A stretch of 64,000 nucleotides of DNA from Bdellovibrionota bacterium. GTDB lineage: Bacteria > Bdellovibrionota_C > UBA2361 > CAKMMH01. Made by a program: the position numbers and the translations under genes. The notes under the pieces were generated by a model. That model searched no databases. It had not been told where the DNA came from and saw only the letters and a program-made list of their open reading frames with translations. Positions 41,417 to 51,440 of this stretch are shown piece by piece. Each line of letters begins with the position of its first letter. The first letter of the stretch is position 1. The stretch covers positions 1-64,000 of the forward strand of contig JBMNLI010000017.1 of the NCBI GenBank assembly GCA_050952645.1. The letters run 5' to 3'.

Positions 41417-42925
41417 GTGTATATGTCGTTAGAAAAAATTGTAATAAAAGAACTATCTAGCAATGCTGAGATTATAAATATATTTAATTGCCTAGCAGGA
41501 AAAATCACCGTGCTTAGTGGCTCTAATACCTCTATCGATTCTCTTGAAAGGGCATTTAGTGGAATTTATGAAAAGAATGATTTAAAAATCTTTATCAACG
41601 ACGCTCTGCAATTCGACCCAGCTATGCACTCTTTAGTAGGTTATAATCACATATTAAAAGATGTAGCGCTATCTGTCGGGGAGCTTTTTAAAACTTACGG
41701 ATTCGATGAAAGCGATATAGAAATTATTCTCAATACTTTCGGGCTTCATAATACTAAAGGGCTTAAAATTTATGAGCTAGATGATGATAAGAAAAAGAGA
41801 TTAGAGTACGCTATCTCACTTCAAGAGAGCAATAAAGCGCTTATTATAAAAGAGCCTTTTAAAGACTTACTCCCACAATGGAAAGAGCCTATCGCTAAAA
41901 ACATTCATACTTATGCTAGTAAAAAAAATTTACCAGTTATAATAACTAAACTCGATTATGACGCCTCGTTTTGGAATGATTCAAACTTGATAAAAAAATT
42001 TAAACTTGGAATTTCTAGAACTAAGACTATTGGCTTTGGCTCAAATAATCAGGATTTAAAAGATTTTCTATCACAAGTTAGAAATGAAATTGAAAATCAA
42101 GATATAATAAATAAAAATATAACTAATATAGATTTAACTAAAAAAGATATAGAAAATAAAGATAAAGAAAATAGAGATAATAAAAATACTGCTCTTTTAG
42201 CAGACTCTTTAGAAATAAAGGAAAAATTACGAGAAACTAGAGACCCAATTCCTATTCCCCCTATCGCTTCTCAAATGAAAAAAAGAGAGGATTTTAAACC
42301 AGAAGTGTTTGAAGATGCTAAAGTAAAAAACGAAACTCAACATACCGATGAAACGCTAAAAAAATATAGTGAAAGAGAACTTAAAAATATACATAGAATA
42401 TTGTTTACAATCGGCTTTTTATTAATCGTATCATCTCTTCTTATCGTAGGTTTTTTATTTAAAAGAAAAAGCGATAGTAATTATGAGGAAATTAAAACAC
42501 GTCAGGAAATTTTTCTAAAAAATATAAATGAGAAATCTAGAAAAGTTGAAAATAAGAATTTTGATAATTTATATATTCTCGATAATTATCCAGAGTGGAT
42601 AAAACACACGATAGAACTACAATTTAAGAAAAAAGAAATTTTACAATCGAAAACTTTTATGCCTTTAACTAAAAATAGCAAGCAAGCAGATGCTAAAAAG
42701 ACCGACGGAAACTTGTTTCAATTACTAGAGGGCTTAAGTGGAACGGGGAAAAACTTACCAGATAGCACTATTATGAGCAATAATGAGCAACCTAATAGAG
42801 GCTATGGTGAAAACAGTGCTAACGCTAACCAAAACCAAATTTCTAAGAGCGATGCTGAAGCTAAAAGACGACTTCTATACCAAAGATTTCAAGAAGCTAT
42901 AAAGCGAAGTAGAGAAAAACAATAA
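41417..42925 (+). CDS. Membrane-anchored protein with degenerate ABC-ATPase-like N-terminal domain
   Basis: GKITVLSGSN (eroded P-loop) and ELDDDKKKRLEYAISL...LIIKEPF (eroded LSGG/DEP); one TM helix near residue 330. Confidence 0.55.
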   Translation: MYMSLEKIVIKELSSNAEIINIFNCLAGKITVLSGSNTSIDSLERAFSGIYEKNDLKIFINDALQFDPAMHSLVGYNHILKDVALSVGELFKTYGFDESDIEIILNTFGLHNTKGLKIYELDDDKKKRLEYAISLQESNKALIIKEPFKDLLPQWKEPIAKNIHTYASKKNLPVIITKLDYDASFWNDSNLIKKFKLGISRTKTIGFGSNNQDLKDFLSQVRNEIENQDIINKNITNIDLTKKDIENKDKENRDNKNTALLADSLEIKEKLRETRDPIPIPPIASQMKKREDFKPEVFEDAKVKNETQHTDETLKKYSERELKNIHRILFTIGFLLIVSSLLIVGFLFKRKSDSNYEEIKTRQEIFLKNINEKSRKVENKNFDNLYILDNYPEWIKHTIELQFKKKEILQSKTFMPLTKNSKQADAKKTDGNLFQLLEGLSGTGKNLPDSTIMSNNEQPNRGYGENSANANQNQISKSDAEAKRRLLYQRFQEAIKRSREKQ

Positions 42926-43204
42926 AAACAAAACTAATAATAAAGCTAATAATAATTGCTAAAAATAAAGCTAAATAAAGCTAAAATAAGGCTTAAAATA
43001 AGTAAAAATAAAGTTAATATAAGCTAATAAATAGCCTTAATTTCTTTTATTATTTTTAAAATATGTTATCATCAAGCTTAAGATTTTATCAGATTAAAAA
43101 ATTAGCTTAAACTCGCTTTTTATTTATTACTATTTTTTTATTTTTACATTTTTTTTTATTTATTATTTATTATTATTTTTTTATAGCTTTAAAACAATTT
43201 TTAA

Positions 43205-44305
<1,101 letters not shown>

Positions 44306-44384
44306 CAAACACATCAAACAATTATGTATATAACATAAATAATAATATGTAATTATATAACAATTAAGGTAAAAATAAAACGAA

Positions 44385-45275
44385 ATGAAACTTACGTATT
44401 CAAACAGAATAAAAATTGCACTATGTTCATTAGTTTTATTTTTACTATCGACAATGTTATTACATCATACTTCTAAAGATAAAACGCTTATCGAGTATTC
44501 TTATAAAATTGTTTACGAGATATTGTACCCTTTTCAAAACTTCACAAATAGCTCCATTAATTTTGTTCATAATGCTTATGATAATTACGTAAATTTAGTA
44601 AATTTAAAATCTGAAAATGAAAAATTAAAATTTAAAATTGCGAAATTAAAAAAACGTAATTTAAAATTAAATGAAGAAAAACGTGAGAATAAAAGCTTAA
44701 AAAGACTTTTAAAAATAAAAAGAAAAACTAAGCTTAGCTCCATAGGGGCAGAAATAATAGGATATAATCCTGCAAAATGGGGACATATGCTTCTTATAAA
44801 CAGAGGAAGCAATGATAGCGTAGCCGTAGGAGACCCCGTTATAAGCCATGAAGGGGTTGTCGGGCAAGTAGTTTCGGCAAGCCCTCACACGGCAAGAGTC
44901 CTTGTGCTAATAGATAGGATAAGTGCAACGCACGTTTTCTTACATCAAAGCAGAGCTAGGGGCGTTCTAGTAGGCGGTGGAAAAGAACTTTGCGAACTTA
45001 AATATATCCTAAAAAATAGTGATGTAAAAATTGGTGATAAAGTTTTAACTAGCGGTCTAGATGGAGTATTCCCAAAAGGGCTTCTCGTAGGATATATAGC
45101 CGACATCTCCCCTACTTCCTCTAGTTTATTTAGCGCTATAAAAGTTAAGCCAGCTGTGAATTTTTCTAAGCTAGAGTTTGTAATAGTTTTAAAAACTAAA
45201 TTAAATACAAAATTAAAAAAAGAAATTAAAAACGAGATTAAAAAAGAAGAAAAGAAAGAAAAAAATAATTTATGA
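44385..45275 (+). CDS. mreC: Rod shape-determining protein MreC
   Basis: TM helix plus coiled coil, TSGLDGVFPKGL motif, synteny. Confidence 0.95.
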   Translation: MKLTYSNRIKIALCSLVLFLLSTMLLHHTSKDKTLIEYSYKIVYEILYPFQNFTNSSINFVHNAYDNYVNLVNLKSENEKLKFKIAKLKKRNLKLNEEKRENKSLKRLLKIKRKTKLSSIGAEIIGYNPAKWGHMLLINRGSNDSVAVGDPVISHEGVVGQVVSASPHTARVLVLIDRISATHVFLHQSRARGVLVGGGKELCELKYILKNSDVKIGDKVLTSGLDGVFPKGLLVGYIADISPTSSSLFSAIKVKPAVNFSKLEFVIVLKTKLNTKLKKEIKNEIKKEEKKEKNNL

Positions 45276-45760
45276 ATACAACTAAAAAAATTTTTATCAT
45301 ACTAATTTTAGCATTTATAATGTTATTTTTAATAAGTAATATTTTAAAGCCTTTTTTACCTAATGCTTTTATACCTAATATTATCCTTATATTCGTTATC
45401 TTTTTAAGTTTTAATGAAACTAATATTTTTGGCTTAGTTTTAAGCTTTTTTCTAGGACTTCTTTTAGATATTTCTACTAGCACTTTGCTTGGGCCTTGGA
45501 GCGCATCATTCGTTATTATTTACACGATGTTTGCGATCCTTTCGGGAAGAATTTTTATAGATACAACGATTTCTCTAATAATTATTACGGCGATCTCCTC
45601 TATCATTTGCGATATCGTTTACACTGTTTTAATTTTTACATTTTTAGCTAACACTAATAATTTTAGTTTTGATATATTAATTGGGAGCATAGTTACTGCC
45701 ATTTTTAGTCCATTTATAGTGTATATATTAAGAAAATATTACCCAATTAAAAATAGATAA
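45272..45760 (+). CDS. mreD: Rod shape-determining protein MreD
   Basis: Hydrophobic, GLLLDI motif, synteny. Confidence 0.9.
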   Translation: MNTTKKIFIILILAFIMLFLISNILKPFLPNAFIPNIILIFVIFLSFNETNIFGLVLSFFLGLLLDISTSTLLGPWSASFVIIYTMFAILSGRIFIDTTISLIIITAISSIICDIVYTVLIFTFLANTNNFSFDILIGSIVTAIFSPFIVYILRKYYPIKNR

Positions 45761-45804
45761 AAATAAACAATAAAAAATAAATTAAAGGAGTATTTAAAAA
45801 AATA

Positions 45805-47730
45805 ATGCTTATTTTTGAACGAAGCTTTATAAATATTAAAAAAAGGGTAAATATTTATACTATTTTTATTATTATAATATTTTTTATAATAATAATGAGA
45901 CTAGTGTATCTGCAACTTTTTAATTCTGAATATTTTAAAGATCGCTCAGAAAACAATCTACTTCGCACAGTTTACGTTCAAGCCCCAAGAGGAAATATTT
46001 ACGATAGAAATGGCAAAGAGCTAGTAGGAAGTCGCCCTGCGTTTAATATCGAAATCACCACTGAGGATTGCCCAGATATAAAGAAAGTTTTAAAGAAACT
46101 TTCTAAAATATCAAACATTCCATATGAAACCTTAAAGCAAAAAACCACGGATCATAGCAAACGAAGACGCTTTGAACCAAAAGTATTGATAAAAGATATC
46201 GATAGTAAATTACTAGCTAAAATAGTGGCTCACAAATATGAACTTCCTGGTGTTATAGTAAACGTAATTCCGACTAGAGAGTATAAATATAATAATTTTG
46301 CTTCTCACGTTTTAGGATACGTAAGGGAACTTACTCAAGAGCAATTAAAAAGCGAAAGGTTTTCAAAGTCGGGATATATTATGGGAGATATCGTTGGGCA
46401 GTACGGCATTGAAGAAAAATGGGAAGAATATCTTCAGGGCAAAAAAGGAGTAAAGCTAGTAAAGGTTAATGCTAACGGTATTAGAATAAGCGAAGAATCG
46501 TTCGATGCTGAAATAGCTGGGCATGATATTTATTTAACGCTAGATAAAAATGTGCAGCTAGCAAGCGATAAAGCTCTAGAGGATAAAAAAGGTGCGATCG
46601 TGGCGCTAGACCCAAACAATGGTGAAATTTTAGCCATGTCATCTGCCCCATCTTTTGACCCAAATATTTTTACTAAGGAATTATCTACTGAAACTTGGCA
46701 AGACTTAAATGGCCCTTTAAAGAAGCTTCACAATAGAGCTATACAAGGAGCATACCCTCCAGGTTCAGTCTTCAAGGCAGTTATGGCAGTAGCGGGGCTT
46801 TCTGAAGGAGTGATTACTCCTAATACTAAAATAAATTGCGTTGGGCATTTGCCGTTTGCAGGGAGACGCTACCATTGTCATAAACGTGTAGGACATGGGG
46901 CTCTTAATTTAGAACTAGCAATGGCGCAATCTTGCGATGTATATTTTTACGTTCTTGGGCAGCGTTTAGGTGTAGATAGAATACATGAATATGCGTATAA
47001 ATTTGGTTTCGATAGAAAAAGTGGCATCAATTTAGCTAATGAAAACAAAGGGCTAATTCCATCTACAACGTGGAAGAAAAGGTATTATAAAAGCACACCA
47101 TCACAGCAAAAATGGTTCCCTGGCGAAACTCTATCTGTGGCTATCGGACAAGGTGCTAATTTAGTAACTTCGCTTCAGCAAGCAAATATGATAGCGACTA
47201 TAGTAAATGGTGGTACTTTATATGAACCGTATTTAGTAAAAAAAATCGTTTCTAATGACAAAAAATTTATAGATGATAAATTCGATAAGAAAGTTATAGA
47301 CACTTTAGATGTTTCAAAAGATATTTTAGAAGAGGTAAAAAATAGCTTAATATCAGTTGTAAATCATGAAAAAGGAACTGGCAAAAGAGCTAAGATAGAT
47401 GAAAGATTTAATATTACAGTAGGAGGAAAATCTGGAACATCGCAAGTAGTAGGATTAAACTATAAAATAAAGGATGAGATGCATAAAGATCACGGTTGGT
47501 TTGTAGGCTTTGCACCTGCACAAAAACCTGAAATAGTAGTAGCAGTTCTTCTAGAAAATGGAGGAAGCGGAGGTGCCGTTGCTGCTCCTTTAGTAAAAAC
47601 CGTGCTAGAAGCCTATTTTAATAAAAAGTACCCCGAAGTTTTAAAAGAAGATAGAGAAAAAGAAAAAAACAAAAATAGAGATAAAAAGAAAGATAAAGAT
47701 AAAGGCAAAAAGAAAAAACGACTAAGTTAA
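45805..47730 (+). CDS. mrdA: Penicillin-binding protein 2
   Basis: RGNIYDRNG, PPGSVFK (SxxK), SCD and KSG motifs. Confidence 0.95.
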   Translation: MLIFERSFINIKKRVNIYTIFIIIIFFIIIMRLVYLQLFNSEYFKDRSENNLLRTVYVQAPRGNIYDRNGKELVGSRPAFNIEITTEDCPDIKKVLKKLSKISNIPYETLKQKTTDHSKRRRFEPKVLIKDIDSKLLAKIVAHKYELPGVIVNVIPTREYKYNNFASHVLGYVRELTQEQLKSERFSKSGYIMGDIVGQYGIEEKWEEYLQGKKGVKLVKVNANGIRISEESFDAEIAGHDIYLTLDKNVQLASDKALEDKKGAIVALDPNNGEILAMSSAPSFDPNIFTKELSTETWQDLNGPLKKLHNRAIQGAYPPGSVFKAVMAVAGLSEGVITPNTKINCVGHLPFAGRRYHCHKRVGHGALNLELAMAQSCDVYFYVLGQRLGVDRIHEYAYKFGFDRKSGINLANENKGLIPSTTWKKRYYKSTPSQQKWFPGETLSVAIGQGANLVTSLQQANMIATIVNGGTLYEPYLVKKIVSNDKKFIDDKFDKKVIDTLDVSKDILEEVKNSLISVVNHEKGTGKRAKIDERFNITVGGKSGTSQVVGLNYKIKDEMHKDHGWFVGFAPAQKPEIVVAVLLENGGSGGAVAAPLVKTVLEAYFNKKYPEVLKEDREKEKNKNRDKKKDKDKGKKKKRLS

Positions 47731-47759
47731 GAAAATAAAATAAAACAAGGAAAGATTAA

Positions 47760-48902
47760 ATGCTTATCGATAGAAGATTTTTTACAAATTTTGACTGGAA
47801 GTTAGTGCTTTGTGTTTTAGCGATACCAATTTTTGGACTAGTCGTTCTTTATAGTGCTGGTTATGACCCAGTAGATACGGTAAAGCTAATTGAAGGAAAG
47901 TTATTTAATTTAGAGATAAAGAGCATACCAGCTATGAAACAGTTTTTATATTTAATAGCAGGGCTTTTTATAATGATACTAGTTTCTTTAATTCCGACTG
48001 ATTTTTTAAAAAAGTATGCTTATTTAATCTATTTTTTAACTATTCTTTTGCTTATCGTTGTTATGGTTTATGGTAGTATTTCTAAAGGTTCTAGGAGATG
48101 GATAGACTTTGGAATTTTAAAATTACAGCCATCTGAGATTGCGAAAATTTCTACGATGCTTGCAGTAGCAAGATATTTATCGCAAGTGGCAACAAGAGAA
48201 TTATTAAGCTTAAAGCATTTATTTGTCCTTAGTCTTTTAGTGCTTTGTCCATTTTTACTAATAGTAGCGCAACCCGATTTAGGAACTAGTTTAGCTGTGG
48301 TGTTTCCAGCGGTAGCAATGATTCTATTTATTGGAGTAAAGTTTAAAATTTTAATTACTACTTTTCTGTTAGGCATCGCTTCTATATTTCCGCTTTGGAG
48401 TTTTTTAGCTCCTTATCAAAAAAGGAGAGTAATGGCTTTACTAAATCCAGACTTTGACCCGTTAGGTGCAGGGTATCATATTATACAATCGAAGATTGCA
48501 GTAGGCTCAGGGGGATTATGGGGCAAGGGATTTTTAAAAGGCACTCAAACTCAGCTTTCATTTTTGCCAGAGCATACTACAGATTTTATTTTTTCAGTTT
48601 TAGCTGAGGAATGGGGGTTTGTAGGGTGTTTAGTATTACTTTTTTTATATTTTATTTTACTATATAAACTTTTATACATTGCGAGTAAAAGTAGTAGTCT
48701 ATTTGCCACTTTAATTTGTGTTGGCGTCACGTCTTATATTTTTTTTCATGTATTAGTAAATATCGGCATGGTTATAGGTCTTCTTCCAGTAGTTGGAATC
48801 CCACTGCCACTTTTTAGCTACGGTGGCTCATCGATGCTAAGCACCATGGCAGCCTTAGGAATAGTGCTAGGAATTAGTATAAGAAAGAATTTTTTTAAGT
48901 AA
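47760..48902 (+). CDS. rodA: Rod shape-determining SEDS glycosyltransferase
   Basis: QPSEIAK, QPDLGT, LPEHTTDFIF and SYGGSS motifs. Confidence 0.95.
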   Translation: MLIDRRFFTNFDWKLVLCVLAIPIFGLVVLYSAGYDPVDTVKLIEGKLFNLEIKSIPAMKQFLYLIAGLFIMILVSLIPTDFLKKYAYLIYFLTILLLIVVMVYGSISKGSRRWIDFGILKLQPSEIAKISTMLAVARYLSQVATRELLSLKHLFVLSLLVLCPFLLIVAQPDLGTSLAVVFPAVAMILFIGVKFKILITTFLLGIASIFPLWSFLAPYQKRRVMALLNPDFDPLGAGYHIIQSKIAVGSGGLWGKGFLKGTQTQLSFLPEHTTDFIFSVLAEEWGFVGCLVLLFLYFILLYKLLYIASKSSSLFATLICVGVTSYIFFHVLVNIGMVIGLLPVVGIPLPLFSYGGSSMLSTMAALGIVLGISIRKNFFK

Positions 48903-49207
48903 AAAATCTAAATTTCCCATTTGTATAATAACGCTTTTTAGGTTAAAATATTAGTTTCGCTTAAAAGATTTAAAAAAAATCTTTTAGCTAATATACAATT
49001 TATATCGAGTAGAAGATAAGACTAATTTTAGTTTTTTATTTATATAACTTAACCTTAAAAGTTTATTCTTTAGAAATACTTATATATATATATAAAGCTT
49101 TCGTGATGACTTACATATTTTGTGAGCATATTTTGTGAGCATATTTTATATAAGCTTGCAAGATGCATCTCTATCAACTTTTTTTTCATATAGTAAAGGA
49201 GCTAAAT

Positions 49208-49417
49208 ATGAGCGAGCAACCAGCGGGTAACTTAGCAGATAACGAGCAAGCAGGTTGTGAAATTCCATTTAAACTTGCTGAGGCATTAAAAGAAGGGAAT
49301 TGCGGAAACCAAGGTAGGCAAGGAGACGTTCCTAACGATGGAAACACTCTTACTCCTTCTTCGTTTTCTCCTTCAGAAGCCGCAACTAATGAAGAAGGTG
49401 GCGAAGCAGGACTTTGA
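49208..49417 (+). CDS. Small acidic peptide, paralogue 1
   Basis: AAGGAG RBS then ATG 49208 (MSEQPAG...); contains GDVPNDGNTLTPSSF. Confidence 0.65.
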   Translation: MSEQPAGNLADNEQAGCEIPFKLAEALKEGNCGNQGRQGDVPNDGNTLTPSSFSPSEAATNEEGGEAGL

Positions 49418-49521
49418 AACGATTGCTTAAAGCGAGTTTAATTACTAACTAACAAAAATCAAGAAATTTTTAAGTAAACCTCTTTTTATTTAAAATTATT
49501 AAAAAAAGAAAGGGCTTTAAA

Positions 49522-49703
49522 ATGGCTGATGAAAAATTACCTCTAGATTTTGACCCAACAAACCCAACGGAAAGTAGTAAGCCTGTGGCGGAGATTCAAA
49601 AGCAGAAACTCCAAAGCTAACTCGCATAGATGGCTATGATGATGTATCGCCTAACGGACACTGCCTCCCACCATCTGTTTACGGTGATGTACCTCCACTC
49701 TAG
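49522..49703 (+). CDS. Small acidic peptide, paralogue 2 (one frameshift)
   Basis: ATG 49522 gives MADEKLPLDFDPTNPTESS. A shifted frame from 49581 gives ACGGDSKAETPKLTRIDGYDDVSPNGHCLPPSVYGDVPPL* ending at 49703. Confidence 0.45.
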
Positions 49704-49860
49704 TTCTTAACTCCTTGCTACTTGCTTCCCCTTTAGCCTTAATAATTAAACTAAAACTAAAGTGCTTAAAGCACAAAGCTTGCTTTAATGGAAAAATTTT
49801 CCTAAACTAGTTTTTTAGTTTTAACTTATTTAAGAAAGGAAAACTTTAAGAAAGGAAAAC

Positions 49861-50574
49861 TTGCCTATGGAAAGTAGCAAACATGGTGAGCCACGTAAAG
49901 ATATAAATTTACATTTAAAACATATCATTTTCGATTACAATGGCACTCTTATAAATGATGCTTTGGCTCAATACGAGCCTTGTGCTAAAGCTTTTAGAGA
50001 GCATGAACTCCCCCCTCTTTCATTCGATAGATTTCAAAAAGAGCTATGTTACCCAGTTAAGGACTTCTATATTGCAAATGGGTTCGATACTGAAAAATAT
50101 GATTTTGCAGAAATGATGGATGAATATCATAGGCGCTTTCTTTTACTCCTTGAAAAATGCGAGTTATTTAGCGATGTAAAAGAAACATTAGAGTTCTTCA
50201 AAAACAAAAATGTAAGTTTATCTATCCTGTCTTCTTTAGAGCATAATATGCTTATGAAAAATACTAAAGATAAAAGTATCGATGAGTTTTTTACTAATAT
50301 CACAGGAACTAAAGATACCCAGGCAGGTAGCAAAATAGACAATGCTAAAAAGTGGTTTCAAGAAAGTGGCTTCAAAAACCATGAGATCATAATGGTAGGA
50401 GATACTTTACACGATGCGGAAGTTGCAGAAGCTTTAAATATAACTTGTTTTCTTGTATCACGTGGCGTTCAGCACAAAGATGTTTTACGAAAATCTAAAT
50501 ATAGAGTTTTTGATTCATTAAAGGATATGGTCGAAAATATAAAGACTGCTAACTATATCAGTATAGCGTCTTAA
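49861..50574 (+). CDS. HAD-family hydrolase (phosphoglycolate phosphatase-like)
   Basis: IFDYNGTL, LSS, K and VGDTLHD motifs. Confidence 0.9.
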   Translation: MPMESSKHGEPRKDINLHLKHIIFDYNGTLINDALAQYEPCAKAFREHELPPLSFDRFQKELCYPVKDFYIANGFDTEKYDFAEMMDEYHRRFLLLLEKCELFSDVKETLEFFKNKNVSLSILSSLEHNMLMKNTKDKSIDEFFTNITGTKDTQAGSKIDNAKKWFQESGFKNHEIIMVGDTLHDAEVAEALNITCFLVSRGVQHKDVLRKSKYRVFDSLKDMVENIKTANYISIAS

Positions 50575-50674
50575 AAATGCATTCGCCTATATTAGCTAAC
50601 TATTATTATATTAGCTAAAATGAGTCAAATTTACTAAACTTCACGTTACTAATAACTTATGGAGCACTTTGAAA

Positions 50675-50860
50675 ATGTCTAATGAAAACACTAATCAACC
50701 TAATGGCGTTTCACCTGCAGCTAGCGACACGCTTACAAATGAGCTTGCAGATAGGCTTGCAGCTTGGAAAAGGGACAGTCGCGGAGAATCGCACAATGTT
50801 GGGCCTTTCGATCCTAATGGAGAACTACTGTCAGCCAGCTACCCTACTCAACAACTATAA
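50675..50860 (+). CDS. Small acidic peptide, paralogue 3
   Basis: GGAG RBS; MSNENTNQPNG...GPFDPNGELLSASY. Confidence 0.6.
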   Translation: MSNENTNQPNGVSPAASDTLTNELADRLAAWKRDSRGESHNVGPFDPNGELLSASYPTQQL

Positions 50861-51143
50861 GAGCTTTAAGCTAAGCGCTTGGCACTTAAAATTTTAAGTT
50901 CTAGTCGCTAGAAAAGAGTAGTCGTTGCTAGAAAAGAATAAAAGAAAGGGAAGGTAAAAGGTTTTTCTTAAGGCTTTTTTTAAAAAGGCGAAAAAAAACT
51001 AGTCTTATCTTCACTTTCTTTTACGCTATCTTTACCTTTTCTTTTGCCTTTTCTTTTACATTTTCTTTTACCTTTAACATTTCCTTTTACTTTCCCTACA
51101 ATCCTTGCGTCTTTAAAAACTTGCGTCTTTGACAACTTACTTC

Positions 51144-51172
51144 TTGACAACTTAAGTGAGTTCTAGCAAAAT
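51144..51172 (+). promoter_or_regulatory. Sigma70 promoter of tRNA-Leu (TTGACA-N17-CAAAAT)
   Basis: Perfect -35 box and 17-nt spacer; -10 box ends 36 nt before the tRNA. Confidence 0.6.
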
Positions 51173-51208
51173 TAAAAAATTAAGGATTAACCATAAACTT
51201 TTTTCCTT

Positions 51209-51292
51209 GCCTGGATGGTGGAATTGGTAGACACGTTGGACTCAAAATCCAATGCTAGAAATAGCGTGAGGGTTCGACCCCCTCTCTAGGCA
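51209..51292 (+). tRNA. tRNA-Leu(CAA); CCA end not encoded
   Basis: Acceptor stem GCCTGGA/TCTAGGC, D-arm GGAATTGGTAGAC, anticodon arm TTGGA-CTCAAAA-TCCAA, long variable arm, GGTTCGA T-loop. Confidence 0.97.
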
Positions 51293-51440
51293 TACTTTTT
51301 ATAAGTCATTAACAACAAACCTTAGCTTATATAAATTATAAATCTAAAATTTAATTAGTATATTAAAAAACCTTTCTTATTTTCTCTCTTACTATTTTTT
51401 CCTATTTAAAATTTTTATACTTTTGCTATAATCTTATCTT

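Larger units (their letters stand above)
49012..51012. repeat. 13-bp inverted repeat pair (gaagataagacta at 49012-49024; tagtcttatcttc at 51000-51012)
   Basis: Perfect reverse complements, extendable by a few bases with one mismatch and one indel. Confidence 0.55.

Noticed and set aside
49208..50860. Small peptides as a RiPP biosynthetic cluster
   Set aside because: No radical SAM, ATP-grasp, YcaO, lanthipeptide or peptidase-transporter gene is adjacent; kept only as an unexplained peptide family.
50947..51097. Long-range purine/pyrimidine complementarity (agggaaggtaaaagg vs ccttttactttccct) as a structured ncRNA
   Set aside because: Both arms lie in low-complexity tracts and no known RNA family motif is recognisable.
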